From: Macrostomum lignano
Lineage: Eukaryota
DNA: 64,000 nucleotides
Reading direction: 5' to 3'
NCBI GenBank assembly: GCA_002269645.1
Contig: NIVC01002632.1
Location: forward strand, 62,001-126,000
Shown here: piece by piece, positions 1 to 13,010 of the stretch
Position numbering within the stretch: position 1 is the stretch's first letter
How the letters are laid out: each line of letters opens with the position of its first letter
Translations under genes and position numbers: made by a program
The notes under the pieces: generated by a model
Told to the model about the DNA's origin: nothing
What the model saw: only the letters and a program-made list of their open reading frames with translations
Databases searched by the model: none

Positions 1-124
1 CTGTTATTACTAAACTGGTCCTTGGATGCATTTTGCTAGTGTCCTCATTGTATCGCATTTTTACACTCATTGTTTCGCAGTTTGACGATCATTATTTACA
101 TTTTTAATGCAGAACAATATACTA

Positions 125-658
125 CTGGTTTTTGCATGCTAAGTGAGACATTTTTTAAAGCTAAGTGAGAACCATATTGAAAACAAAGGCTGGGCTATGG
201 CAAATCAACTGCGTCTAACAAGCAACGAGGATAGAGAGCACCTGGTCAATGCCGTCGAAGATGGTTACTCAATTTCGACTGCGTCCAAAATCCTTAATCT
301 GAACAAGAAGACGGCCTATCGATATGGAGTCGCTACGCAGCTACTGGTGAATTCCATGCGTTGCAACGCGGTGGCCGCAAGCCGGGGTCAACAAAAATGG
401 ATGCTGAAATGCGGAACGCCGTTGAGCAGATAGTTGAGCAAAATATATAGTTTCTGACAGTACATCATTTTGTAATTTCGTAAAACCACCCCTTGTTTTC
501 AATATGGTTCGCACTTAGCTTGAAAAAAATGTCTCACTTTACTTGCAAGGCGCGCCCAAAAAGCTGGGCTGCAGCGAGGGGTGGCCATAGACAATAGTGT
601 TTTTGCTATTCAGTCTCAGATTGCTTGAAAAATGTCTCACTTAGCATGCAAAAACCAA
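125..658 (+). mobile_element. Internally deleted Tc1/mariner (IS630-Tc1) DNA transposon, non-autonomous, 534 bp
   Basis: TIRs of about 30 bp: ctggtttttgcatgctaagtgagacattttt at 125 and aaaaatgtctcacttagcatgcaaaaaccaa ending at 658. Flanked by TA at 123-124 and 659-660. ATG at 197 gives RLTSNEDREHLVNAVEDGYSISTASKILNLNKKTAYR (HTH-like). A shifted frame continues RYAATGEFHALQRGGRKPGSTKMDAEMRNAVEQIVEQN, typical of a Tc1-like transposase N-terminus. No DDE domain. Confidence 0.85.
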
Positions 659-1827
659 TAGCTATTAAAATGAACTAAATAGTAGGCCTAAAGCTTTAAA
701 AATCGCAGAATAAACAAAATATCGAATATTCTCCATCCTTTTGTCAATACATAAAGTGTGAATGCCCTCTGACTAGTTTTGTTTATAAGTGCAAGCAACT
801 TGCACAGAATTACAAATGTTTGATGTCTTTGAATAACATCAAATCCAATGGTATAGGGCGTCGACATAATAAGTCATTTTTAAACGAGAGATGCAACTCT
901 TTATATAATAAAATCAAATAAGTATGCATTATAAAAGAGTAAAATGGCGTATATGTGCTACACCAGTCGATAATCTCTTGCGACGATTATAAAACATGTA
1001 AACAACTTATATTTCGGCTTATACAGACGATGACGGAAATTGGCCTTCACTGAATTTTCACGAAAGTTGAGTCCTGCGTCCTATGTTACTTTAGTCGTCC
1101 TTGGGGCGACATTGTCCTACAATCAACTGTCTTCAAACTTTCAGTGTTTGTATTCTCAAATAAAGAAACAAATAAATCATATTGTACAGAAATAGCAACA
1201 CGAACGACAATTCGTATTTTGTGGTTCTCAAATTCAAATATTCAAACGAAGCTCTGATTTGATGAAGCAAAATGGAGCCAGACGAAATCAGCGGTTAATT
1301 AGTGCAAACTGTGCGCGGGACAGTACACACGTACTTTTGTGTTCACGCAGATTCGGCTCACGAAATCTCGTTGCATTCGTTAATGAGCTGATGGAATAGC
1401 CTGCTTGCATGTTGGCCTTCTGCCAGCTCGAAATTAAGCTTAGCTATCGCAACCGGAGAAAGAAGAGAGTTGAGAAGTACTGAAGCGTCGTATCCGTATG
1501 TTTGCTCTCTTCTCCGAGAGCCAGTAACAGGATATAGCAGCACTGAAAATCCGGTTGTAAACAGGTACACTAGCAGGCAGGTCGGCAAAAATTAAAATCA
1601 GTTTTTTGTTCCTTTGAAGCTCCGTATAAGTCAGCATTTCAGGTTTATAAGTCTCTCTTCATGTGTGCTTAAGAGGACAATACTTGGTCAGCCGTATATA
1701 CCGTTATAAGTTGCTATTGAGTAAAGATTCTCTTAGAGGCAAATCTCTGCGTAAGGGAATCTGCCAAACTCCGATGAAAATTCACAATAGGAAGCTGGCC
1801 GGCTCAAGGTTTATGTCGCTTATCAGG

Positions 1828-2320
1828 TCTCTTTCTTTTCTTCAATACTCCTCTCTCATCTCCTCTCTCCACTCTCCTCTCTCCTCTCTCCTTTCTCCTT
1901 TCTCTTCTCTCCTTTCTCCTCTCTCCTCTCTCTTCTCTCCTTTCTCCTCTCTCTTCTCTCCTTTCTCCTTTCTCTTCTCTCCTCTCTCCTCTCTCCTCAA
2001 TCCTCTCTCCTATCTCCTTTCTCTTCTCTCCTCTCTCCTCTCTCCTCAATCCTCTCTCCTATCTCCTCTCTCCTTTCTCCTTTCTCTTCTCTCCTTTCTC
2101 CTCTCTCCTCTCTCCTCTCTCCTTTCTCCTTTCTCTTCTCTCCTCTCTCCTCTCTCCTCAATCCTCTCCCCTCTCCCCTCTCTCCTCTCTCCTCTCTCCT
2201 TTCTCCTTTCTCTTCTCTCCTCTCTCCTCTCTCCTCAATCCTCTCCCTCTTCCCTCTCTCCTCTCTCCTCTCTCGTCTCTCCTCTCTCGTCTCTCGTCTC
2301 TCGTCTCTCCTTTCTCCCCT
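1828..2320. repeat. CT-rich low-complexity simple repeat
   Basis: Degenerate (ctctc/ttctc)n. Accounts for ORFs 1663..2406, 1804..2049 and 2158..2436. Confidence 0.95.
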
Positions 2321-3009
2321 CGCTGGCCTGCAGTCTTGCGCCGAGTTCTACTGAAGCATATCTGGCCATTGAATTTAAAATGTTCGCCGACTCTTGCTCT
2401 CAGTGAAGTAACAACTGCTTGCAAAGTAGCATGCATGCAATAAGACGGAACACAGGCCGCCTCTCAAACAACACTGCCTATGATAATTATAGAAATCGAC
2501 ATATATCATTTTGCCCTAGCCTGCCTACATGCAGCAGCTGCAGAGAAACAGGGAAATTCGATTTTAGCCAGCCTATTTTCCTTCAGACGGTGCAATTATA
2601 TCGCAACAAAAGCATGAGATGATACACCTGTTTATCTGTAAGCTCTACTGCAATTTTCACGGCAAATAACTTGCTTTGACTTGACTGGTTGCAAATAAAT
2701 GGAAAGGTGAGAAAAATTTACTTAATTGCCAATTATTTACTTGGATTGGTCTCGATGAGTCAAGTAAGCATTCAGGGACAACTAGGACGAGTTCTGTTGC
2801 TTTGGTCTTTTTTAATGAAGCAGCAGAAAGCATCCCAAGTCTTACACTGAAACAGCTGAATAAAAAGATAGTTTAATACTCGTTTCAGCTACTGACACAT
2901 AAGCGCATTAACTACTGAAAACTAGCTGAAATCATCGCTTCTTGGAATATTTCCCATAGAATCAATGGTTTGGCTGGGTGCCACTGAGTGGCCTATCTTA
3001 GAGTTATGC

Positions 3010-3431
3010 CATAGATCTTATATTCCCTAGATGGGCCACTCTCAATGCATTCAATAGGAAAAGACCGACCACGCAAATTGAAAGAAAAATTTAATTAAGC
3101 CGACAGCGTTTGAGGTCAGTAGCTTAAAAGGACATAGACATATTTTTGCCGTGGTTGCAAAAATATTCGCAACAGACACAGAGTTCGCCAGTCCTTGCTT
3201 CCTTGCGCTTTGCTATCAAACAAATTGGCAAAATAGCGCTGAATTCGAGAAGCTGAAGCTGTGTTCAGGGCTGCAGCACACATGCATGTAAATGTGATGG
3301 AGTCCAACATCTAGCTGGACAGCGTGTACTGACCTAATACCGTGGTCGCTAAATTATTTCAAGAAACACAAAGGCTCTATGGGTATGCTTGTGGTCGCTG
3401 AGTGGCGTATCTAGGGAATATAAGATCTATG
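3010..3431. mobile_element. Putative MITE with 23-bp perfect terminal inverted repeats
   Basis: catagatcttatattccctagat (3010-3032) is the exact reverse complement of atctagggaatataagatctatg (3409-3431). No coding capacity recognised and no clear TSD. Confidence 0.55.
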
Positions 3432-4335
3432 CTCTATGCTGTGGTGTAAATATAATAGATGAGCTTTGGTCATAGACGACTAACCGATTTATAATGATAA
3501 ATTCGTGGATTGAGCATGGAGGAAAGAATAGAATAGAATAGAAAAGAATAGGATTCTTTCCTCCATGGGACTAAGACACTTCTTGGCTTAATATGTAAAT
3601 GCACAATGAAAAATCGGGAGTAGTATATGAAACTTTATTAGTTCATAAACAACCACGAACGGGACACAGCACCAAGGAACACAGACTGACACTTGATTAC
3701 AGTCTAAAATCTTCAAGGCGCTGCTTCAGTTTCTCCCGTAGGCAACACTGCGGCTGACTGACAGGAGATTAACCGAACCTGAGAGACAACAGCAGGTGGT
3801 CTCAACCTGGCTTCTGCAATCATATATAGCCAGTTCGCTCTGGAACTTTCTCAAACGGGTGGACACACAGAAACACTTCCCAAACCTTCCTTTCTCATCT
3901 CAGCCTCTCTTATGTCTGTTCGTCTCTCACCTGCCTTCCCCCGGGGGTGTCGGTGCTTAGCTATAACTAAATACGGCTAAATGCAGCCAATCCAGAGTCG
4001 GTTTGCTCTACCCAAACTGTTATTATCGGCCGGCTTCGCGAATTCAGATCCTCATCCCCCCCTCCCCAACCCGTCATTATTTCTCAGTGCTTGCCCCCGT
4101 CAGTCACGATCGCCCAGAGATCCCTTCTATAAACTGCTCGAGCCTCTTTCAGAGTCCCTATATGGCTATAGGATAATAGTTCCTGTACCCACTCCGCTCC
4201 CCGGATCTGCACGCAAGACTCTTGGATTAAAAAAAATCGAAGCGGCCTCAGCTGCCTGTTCATCCGGGTTGTCAACATATTAGCCGGCCTATACTTTAGG
4301 CAGCAGAGATTCAAACCGGTGACAAATCATAGCAA

Positions 4336-5166
4336 ATGCCAAGCGGTGGACAGCGCGTCGCTCCCATATTTACAATCTCCTCGTCATCTCCGCCTAGTGC
4401 TAACCACAACAGTGCTGAGCAGACTAGCAGCAACAATAACAACAGCTCCACGGGCACTGTGGCAGCACCCATGAGCGCCTCCCAGCAACTGTCGCATCTG
4501 CACCAAAATCACCAGCAGGTATCGTCTTCATCAACAGCTGTTGCCAATGCACCGACCGGACATCCGGTTAGCCGGGAAGAGGTTAGCGCAACTTCCGTCA
4601 AGAATGTGCACATGCTGCAGCTGGAGATGCGGCACAGCCGCCGGCCCCCAGCTAAGGGTCCGGACCATCACAAGGTGCTGATCTCCGGAGCTTTCTTAGC
4701 GCTACAAGGCTGCCTCTGTCTAGCCGGCGAGGTCACTAATCTGTGCGCACCCTGCACGCGGCTCAAGCTTGGCCTAGGGCTGGTCACCGGCTTCCTGGAC
4801 CTGTTCCTGGCTCTTCACTGCCTGTTCAGTCACCGACTACCGGGTTTGGGTGTCAATTGCGCCCGATCGGTTCTGATCTCGGCCGCCGGATCCGTATTTC
4901 TGAACGCGGCCAGTTTTGTCCTGTTCTACGCGACAGCCTCTTGGAATTTGGCGCACTGCAATGCCGACATTGTTGCCGTGCTAGGCGTGGTTGTCATTTC
5001 CAATCTGTGCCTGGGCATACCGTCCGCTTTTCTGGCTGGCTACATCACGCGGCACAACGCTGCAATTGGTGGCGGGTATGGTGGCGGCAGCGGCAGCGTA
5101 GGGGGTGGCGGCACCGGCAGTAGCGGAGCAATCGGTGGTGGCGGCTACAGAGGACATCTTCGGTAG
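4336..5166 (+). CDS. Uncharacterised four-transmembrane protein with Ser/Asn/Gln-rich N-terminus and Gly-rich C-terminal tail (276 aa, intronless)
   Basis: ATG-to-stop ORF with GC-rich coding-like composition and four hydrophobic segments: VLISGAFLALQGCLCLAG, LGLGLVTGFLDLFLALHCLF, VLISAAGSVFLNAASFVLFYA, IVAVLGVVVISNLCLGIPSAFLAGYI. Family not recognised. Confidence 0.7.
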   Translation: MPSGGQRVAPIFTISSSSPPSANHNSAEQTSSNNNNSSTGTVAAPMSASQQLSHLHQNHQQVSSSSTAVANAPTGHPVSREEVSATSVKNVHMLQLEMRHSRRPPAKGPDHHKVLISGAFLALQGCLCLAGEVTNLCAPCTRLKLGLGLVTGFLDLFLALHCLFSHRLPGLGVNCARSVLISAAGSVFLNAASFVLFYATASWNLAHCNADIVAVLGVVVISNLCLGIPSAFLAGYITRHNAAIGGGYGGGSGSVGGGGTGSSGAIGGGGYRGHLR

Positions 5167-7740
5167 TCAAACACATAGACACTGACTATCAACCTGTCGT
5201 TGGACGTCGCTGGAAAATGGGTATTTTTACACTACATTGACGGATGACGACATTCTAAGTCGGCCGAACGTCGGTGTAACAACGTCGATATAGGTTAGAA
5301 ATGTCGCCGACATCGGATTGCAATAGTCTTTGTTGGTTACTTGTATATTACTTTCATATTATTAGTTTATCACAAAATTAAAACTTTAATCATAAATTGA
5401 TCCCTCTAGCTTGTAAATCCATCGCCAAGTCTTAGTTTACAGCCACTTTTTCTCTAATCGATTACATAGATAGATAGATAGATACCGACAAACCAATTTT
5501 AGTATAAGGGAAGTATAAGCTAGTCTGTGATGTATAAACTTTTATAGGGTAGGCGTGAGGCATGAGGCGTGGGCGATGATGAATGGAAGAGCCAGCGACG
5601 ATCGCGGTTACATGTCGAATAGAGAGTTAACTGCGACCATCATTCATGAATTAATCGGTTGCAAAGTTAAGAGAGTCACAGAGAGGCAGAATCAGCGACA
5701 GAAATTTCCCGTCATCGCGTAAGACGTCTTTTCGATCACCTGCTGCCGTTTGCTTTTTTTGAACCAATCAACAATTCACCAGACTGGTTTATATATAGCT
5801 ACTCAAATAGTTGATCGTATTAAACGTTTTGTTGCTTGCAATGCTTTTATTGCCTAATTTTACTTAACTCTCAAGAGTTTAAACTTTTTGATGTGAGTGG
5901 GTAAAGATTAACACTTTTTAATGATCCTATTTATTATTGCCTAACGCAACTTTTGAAATAGATAATCTCACCCTGCTCAGTTGACGTCTGACTTTAGTCC
6001 CTGGTGGAGTGTATTTATACTTTAAATTAAATTGCAACTCTAGTAACAAGTATTCGACTGCTCTGAATCTGTAAACACGTGGATGTATTTTTCATGTCTC
6101 TGATAAATTTACACAACTATGATATGGAGATCCTAGAGGTTATGGAGGTTAAGAAAATCACCAGGGTTTATCCCGATCCAGACCAAAGTTTTAGTACAAG
6201 TGCATCTTTGCAGAATTTGGTGCACCGACATTACTCCTAGTTTATTACAAACGATGAAAGTACGCACATCGTACAGTATAGCTCTCATTAATTTCATGCC
6301 GTTTTAGAATCCCCACAAGTCACTATCAATCCGTCTGTTACCCGGCAGGCAACCCAGAACGGTTTTACCGTAGAGACATTAGCCTCAAAGGAAATCCGTA
6401 CCGTTTACTTCAGTTCGGGAAAAGACTGGTCACTGTAGGACACAGTAATAGTGTAACGGGGGTAGATTAGAAGGAAATATGAGAAGAATTATAAGATCAA
6501 TAGGGCAATGAGGAAACACGGTATATTAGTACATGGTTAAACATAATTTGGGCGTTTCCCAAACCTTGTTTCCGGGGTCTCTATCCTCCAAATGTAGCTC
6601 CTATTCCCTAGTCGAACATTCGCGCCAGCAGATATACCTGGTTAAAGACAGAGAGTTGCTAAACTCTTAAAAAATGATTTCATTTTGACCAAGCCATGGC
6701 TTAACAGATGCATAAATAACTCTAATCTCTTTCATTGCAGAGAATGAAGTGCAATCTGTGTCGTTAAGCAGATGCCTACATTTCAAGTTAAATTATTGAA
6801 ATTTCGAGCAATGTACACTTGTCTATGGCCTTGTCTATGGTCTAAATCGTAACAGAAGAACAATAATGGTAGATTGCTACGCGCACTCGTGTTTGGCCAT
6901 TATTTCAGCCCCTTACCTACTACGCAACGTCATTGTCTATAAGACACAGCCTGGCCATTATTTCAGCGTGCCGGAAGCGGTCATTATTTCAGGGTAAGAG
7001 TCTGCGTGCGTGCGACTGCGTAAAGAGGGCGGTGGTTGGGCCATAGACTATAAATAAAAAAGCCGTTGGGCCATAGACTATAAATGAATAAGCTGATATA
7101 AGTTAATATATGAATACTTTAACTAATCGTCTATGGTTCAAACGTCTGTTAAAGCTGAAATAATGGCCAGTTGAGTTTGTCATTACGCCAGGCTGTGTCT
7201 TCTGGACAATGGCAGATTGTGTGAATAAAAATGAGTTTATCAAGGAAGTCTCTACGGTCGATTAGCTCACCTACGCCACTAAGGACAGCGCCCCACACCC
7301 CAAAAGACTTTTCTAACTTTCTACTTATACCGATAATCGCTTCCTGACACTCGGCAACTCCTGACACTTCGCGATCGAGACGAGATCATAGAGGCTAATC
7401 CTAGGATAATTTCATATTTATCTGTTGCGTGGATCAGCCTCGGTGCTTTAGCGTATTTTTCCGAAATTCTGAAGAGGCGCATTTCTCGCAAAAGTCATAT
7501 TGAATAGAGGAAAATAATTTATGTCATAACTGAAAGCAGCGAGTCGAAAACTTACGTACTGTACTGTACCTGTCTATGGTTGAAAGTGCTACTTTGTCTA
7601 TGGCCAACGTTTGAGGCTAGCTGTACACGAAAAGCACTAAAAGAGTTCAGTTCAGAGAAGTTAACACAGATCAAGAAGATTCAGAAGTCAATCTGCTATC
7701 AAGCCTAGATTTTCTGCACAGTCAGTAATTCAATGGCTGT

Positions 7741-7988
7741 CGAAAAGTTTCATCATCTTACAGAGGACGAAGGTAACGCGTTCTTACATGGAACCCTTCT
7801 ATCAAACACCTTGAAGAAATGCGAGTGGATGATGAGTTGGATTTTAACTGGCTGATGAGAATGCCGAAAGATTTCAACATCTTACAGAGGACGAAGGTAA
7901 CGCGCTCTTCCATGGAACCCTTCTATCAAACACCTTGAAGAAATGCAAGTGGATGATGAGTTGGATTTTAACTGGCCGATAAGAATGT
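7741..7988. repeat. Tandem duplication of a unit of about 124 bp
   Basis: catcttacagaggacgaaggtaacgcg...gatgatgagttggattttaactgg occurs at about 7741 and 7865 with few substitutions. Confidence 0.9.
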
Positions 7989-9339
7989 TCATTCTACTAC
8001 TTCTTGATGTGAGGACGAAGCGTACCGAGAGTTATTTTGCTGGGACGCTCAGATGTACTAGCAAACTTTGAGTGCCACTTCCTGGGGAAGGGGGCGCAGC
8101 AAGCAAGTAGGGGTTCCTTGTACGAGCTCAGTCAGTGTGATTATGATTAACAATCCTCGACCATGGGTCAAAGTTCAGTAGCTTAGATGCATAGCGACCG
8201 TTTTATGCTGCATGAAAGCAGTTTTTGCTTTTTTTTTAAATCAAGCACATAGCGGTACATGTTTCTTTTTTCTTGAGGCCCAAAAACTAGCACGCGCAAG
8301 ATTAGCAAAAAGAATTTTCGATTTCCTGTTTTTTTTTCCTCGGCAGAGGTTTAGATAAAGGTAAAATCTGTCCATTCTAATGTTATTCTGGCTAGCAAAA
8401 TTTAAGCCTAGCAAAGATTTGCTACCTAAATCTGTTAATACAGAGAGGAAGCAGGAAGCAAACTATAAATTAATGCTGTAAATCATGTCTGCAATTAGTT
8501 GAATTAATAACCTTGCGAATATGCCTCGAACCCAACTATTGACTGGCTATCCGGAAGTCAGAACTGCGATAGATTTTTATCCTACTACTGAAGAGCTGCA
8601 TTTTCTACCTTGCAAAAACGCATTTTGAGTTGCAATTCTGAAGTGCATGCTGGCAATATTACTTTTCAACGGACTAAACTCAATTACTGATGTACTGGTC
8701 ATCATTATTTTCTCAATGGTGGCTGAAATAAAAAGCACCAAAAGCTAGTCATTTTTGTGACGCGAGTGGAATTGCTTTCTCTAGCGCTACAAGGCACTCC
8801 GAAGTTAATGCAAAGTGAGCTATAAAAGAGCTGACTCGACTGGGCGTATAAATTCTTGGTGGAGAAGTTAGGAGTAGTTGAAATACGTCCGACCCTATCA
8901 GCCCCCAACCCCTCAGCCCCAACCGCAAAATCCGACACAAAGGCGCGGTATTCTAATCAAAGGTCAGAAGCTTTGAATTTTGTTTGAACAACATTCGCTT
9001 GAATTTCCATAGCTATCGTCTAGTCATATAAAAGCGGGCTTTGCTTGCAAAGCATAGGACTTGGCACGCTAAATTTAGCTCACTTATGGGTAGAAGTCCG
9101 AGCAGCAATAAGAGAGGAAAAAGCAAGAGGAAAGAGATTTCGGACAAAGTGAAAACAAGGCAAGCAAGAAAACAAGGTGGAACGGTAATTAAATTGAGCA
9201 ACTTTGCATCAAAGAAGACGATTGCTAGTCCCTGTGTTTTTTGCCCTCATATTTGCAGCCCATAAAGAATTGGACAATGACACTAATTTAGTAAAATCAA
9301 AATGTCACGAAGCTATCAGTTTTACTTAAAAGATGAGAC

Positions 9340-9570
9340 TTGGGGTCCTAATCCCGGGATCCCGGCTTTTTGTTAGTATTCGGGATCCCGGTAAACACGG
9401 GATTGGAATTCACACTTTGCAAACGTGAAACGATGCTCAGATTGGTTGAGAAATTAGTTTTGTGGACAATGGAAAGCTTCCCGTAAATTAGTTTGTTCAA
9501 TCCCGGGATTGGGTCAATTTTTTGTCCGGGATCCCGGGATTGTAAAATGTCCGGAATTTGGGACTCCAAA
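9340..9570. mobile_element. Putative MITE with repeated ATCCCGGGAT palindromic motifs
   Basis: Imperfect terminal inverted repeats (ttggggtcctaatcccgg and ccggaatttgggactccaa) and several internal cccgggat/gggatcccgg motifs. Confidence 0.4.
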
Positions 9571-9689
9571 GTGAGACAAAAAGGAAATGCAAAAACAAAA
9601 TTGAGAAGAACGTTCTTTCGACTTTTGAAGTATTCTTTTCGACATTATGCGTCATTGGCACACAAGCATTACTGCCCATTCCGCCGACT

Positions 9690-9936
9690 CCCCTGAGCAG
9701 GCACATGAATAGCAACACACTCACACAGGAGTGTACAGCGGCCCTAACTGTATTTATCGTTAGGCATGTACACTTCACTGTGCCTTGGGGGTTGGTCCTC
9801 AAAGCCGTTAATTGCACGAGCAGAGCCAAGCCGAGATTCCAATTCAGCCCCAAATTAAAGTGACTGCACTTGGAATCGAGCCTGGGCCGCTGGCACTTCA
9901 GAGCGTCGCGCCAGACCGCTCTAGGTTACGGCCTCC
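9690..9936 (-). mobile_element. tRNA-derived SINE, family A (copy 1)
   Basis: The reverse strand begins ggaggccgtaacctagagcggtctggcgc...ccaggctcgattcc (A/B-box-like). The body matches 37833..38196 (aatttggggctgaattggaatctcggcttggctctgctcgtgcaattaacggc...gtgtacatgcctaacgat). Confidence 0.8.
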
Positions 9937-10499
9937 ATGGCTTACCACCTCTGGGCACTTCATTTGACCATCTGACATTGAATACACCTGTAGCTGCTGG
10001 TAAAGCGGATAAAAAATGAACTGTTCGTATGACAGGTCGGCACACAAAAAGTTAGAAAGATATCCCTACGCATTCGAGATTAAAAGGCCATGAAAAGTGG
10101 GCGTGAGAACGAAACAAACGGACAGATAGACCTTGAAATCGAGTAATCATCGAGCCGTCCTTCTGTCCAAATAAAGCCGCTCAAATGAGGGCACTTTCTA
10201 AGAAGTCGCCAGCTTTTTCAGAGAGCTCAAATGAAAGCTAATGGGCTGCATGCCTCATCTGCCGAGCTCGCTGAGTGTTACGGTACAAATGCACTACATA
10301 AATCTCTAATGCAGGGGGCAGGACAAGGGTGGTTAGATAGCTGACATAAAGCTGCTTTCAAGAAAAAATTAGCACAAGATTCAAATATCCAGTCATATTA
10401 AAAATATTTCTAATTATGAGTAAGTAACTGCAATGCAATATCTATATACTATCTTTGATGGAATCGAAAAATTCTGTTGTGACTGAACAAAATTTTCTT

Positions 10500-11222
<723 letters not shown>

Positions 11223-12049
11223 CTCACTCCCAAATGGAGAATCAGTGTCAGTGGCTCAGGAGACACAGTAAATTCGCAGAGATCGAAGTCGGATCAATTT
11301 CAACTGACATCCCCCAGCCCTGCAGCCTTCGAACTAATGCGGCATCTTCATCCCACTCCTCCCATCCCACTTCCTGTCCCCGGCCTATCGGAGAACAATC
11401 TCGATACACTTTGCTCGAAAGGTTTTCCTGCATTTAATTATGGGGTCAGGGCCATCGATCGAGTCTCGGGCCTTCCCTGAGGCAATAAAATGAGGTAAAA
11501 AGAGTGGGCACACGTTGAATTGGATCCAGGTGCGCTTGGTTGACAAGATTCACCGAAGTGTTCTTCTCCTTTTCTGTTTTTTCGAATGAAAAGGCTCATT
11601 TTCTTCATAGCTGTCCCTCTCCACATTCTCGAGTGTATTTGTTTAGACTCTGATATAATATGACTTCCTATAAATACCATGAGCCATGCGTGTGCATAAA
11701 CTACTAATAAATACTATTGCATTTAGACATTCTCTGTGTCTTTTCAGCCGATAAGTTTTAGACTTCTTAATAACAAATTGTATAACTCGACTCGAATTGT
11801 AAAATTTTAAATCTGAAATCTTAATTTAAATCTTAATTGAAAATATTTTTCATACTCTTTATTGACTGAATCAGTTAGTTTAGCTGCATCGGGGAAAATA
11901 CTTTTACCTCTGTAGTGAACTAGTACAATCAGTTCTGCTATTAGACAAGATTAAATTGATTTTATTTCACTATATCGTCTGATGGAAAACATCTAGCTTA
12001 ATGGAAATAGACAAAATCGACAGCTGAAGACCTTGCCTGAGGTCGATAT

Positions 12050-12353
12050 TTTCTTTTTTTATTACAGGCGCCCTAATGAACATGCAGATGTGCAACCGAC
12101 AGCTCAGCCGCAGCTATTTGCGCGGCGCATCTGAAGGCTGCGTACGGCTGTTCAGTCCAAGGACTGGGGGGTCGCCACACGCACCCTCAATTACCCCAGC
12201 TAATGCTGGCACCCATTTTACAGTTGGGTGAACTGAAGCAATGCAGAGTTAGATGACTTGCCCAAGGACACAAATTGTTTCAGGGGAATGGGAATCGAGC
12301 CCCCGACCTTTCATTCGTGAGTCCGACGCTCTAACCACTAGGCTACAACCCCC
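12050..12353 (-). mobile_element. tRNA-derived SINE, family B, with CORE-like central domain (copy 1)
   Basis: Reverse strand reads ggggttgtagcctagtggttagagcgtcggactcacgaatgaaaggtcgggggctcgattcc, then gtgtccttgggcaagtcatctaactct...cttcagttcacccaactgtaaaatggg, then an A-rich tail. Homologous to 46016..46338. Confidence 0.85.
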
Positions 12354-13010
12354 TCTCAACTGCTCAACTATGCATGGTTTATCTACTTAAATCATTACTT
12401 ATCGTTGAGAATATCTAATATATCTATATTTGCATCGATACTACTACTAGTAGGAAACAACGAACTAAATACGATGTGAGCCTTTAGAAACTCGCTCGTC
12501 GTCAAGAATACACGATCTATTCACACGCTATTTCCCTTAACCGTGCATCGTCAATCCAGGTAATTAGTATTCACCTGTTCGATCTGTGCGATTAATGAGC
12601 AAAGCTTTTTTTTTAGAACGTAAGCCTCAAGTCCACATGAATCCTGCAATTTCAATGCTTAGTAGAGTCTCAAAGGCAGGTTTTAATTCCAGACGATTTT
12701 TTTACTGGAGATTTTGCTCCAAATGTGACAAGAAAAAAACTGTTTATTAACGGACCGCATTGTTCGCAATTTTTTACAGAAAATTGTCTGTTGGATGGAA
12801 CGGCGCGCCTGGCGTGGTTTGGCTAGAACGGAAAGAGCGAATTCATAGTGTTTTCAGACTTGCAGCGTCCGATGAAACGCGACACGTAAGGGCTCGATAT
12901 TCGTCGCCTGTGTGTGAGCAACAACTTTCGCATTATGACGAATACAGTTACGGAGCATGTTAACAATCGCAGGTCAGGCCATGAAGGATGCTGCTGCACT
13001 TGCTTTCTTC

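Noticed and set aside
1663-2436. Long Ser/Leu/Pro or Glu/Arg ORFs (also 50929..51757 and 63241..63858)
   Set aside because: They are translations of CT/GA low-complexity DNA, with no domain or splice support.
3595-3965. Possible solo LTR on the minus strand (TATA-like near 3830, AATAAA near 3635)
   Set aside because: No convincing TG...CA termini or TSD could be defined.
11248-11680. Short minus-strand ORFs after the TATC array
   Set aside because: Protein-like in places, but with no recognisable motif or consistent frame across candidate splice sites.
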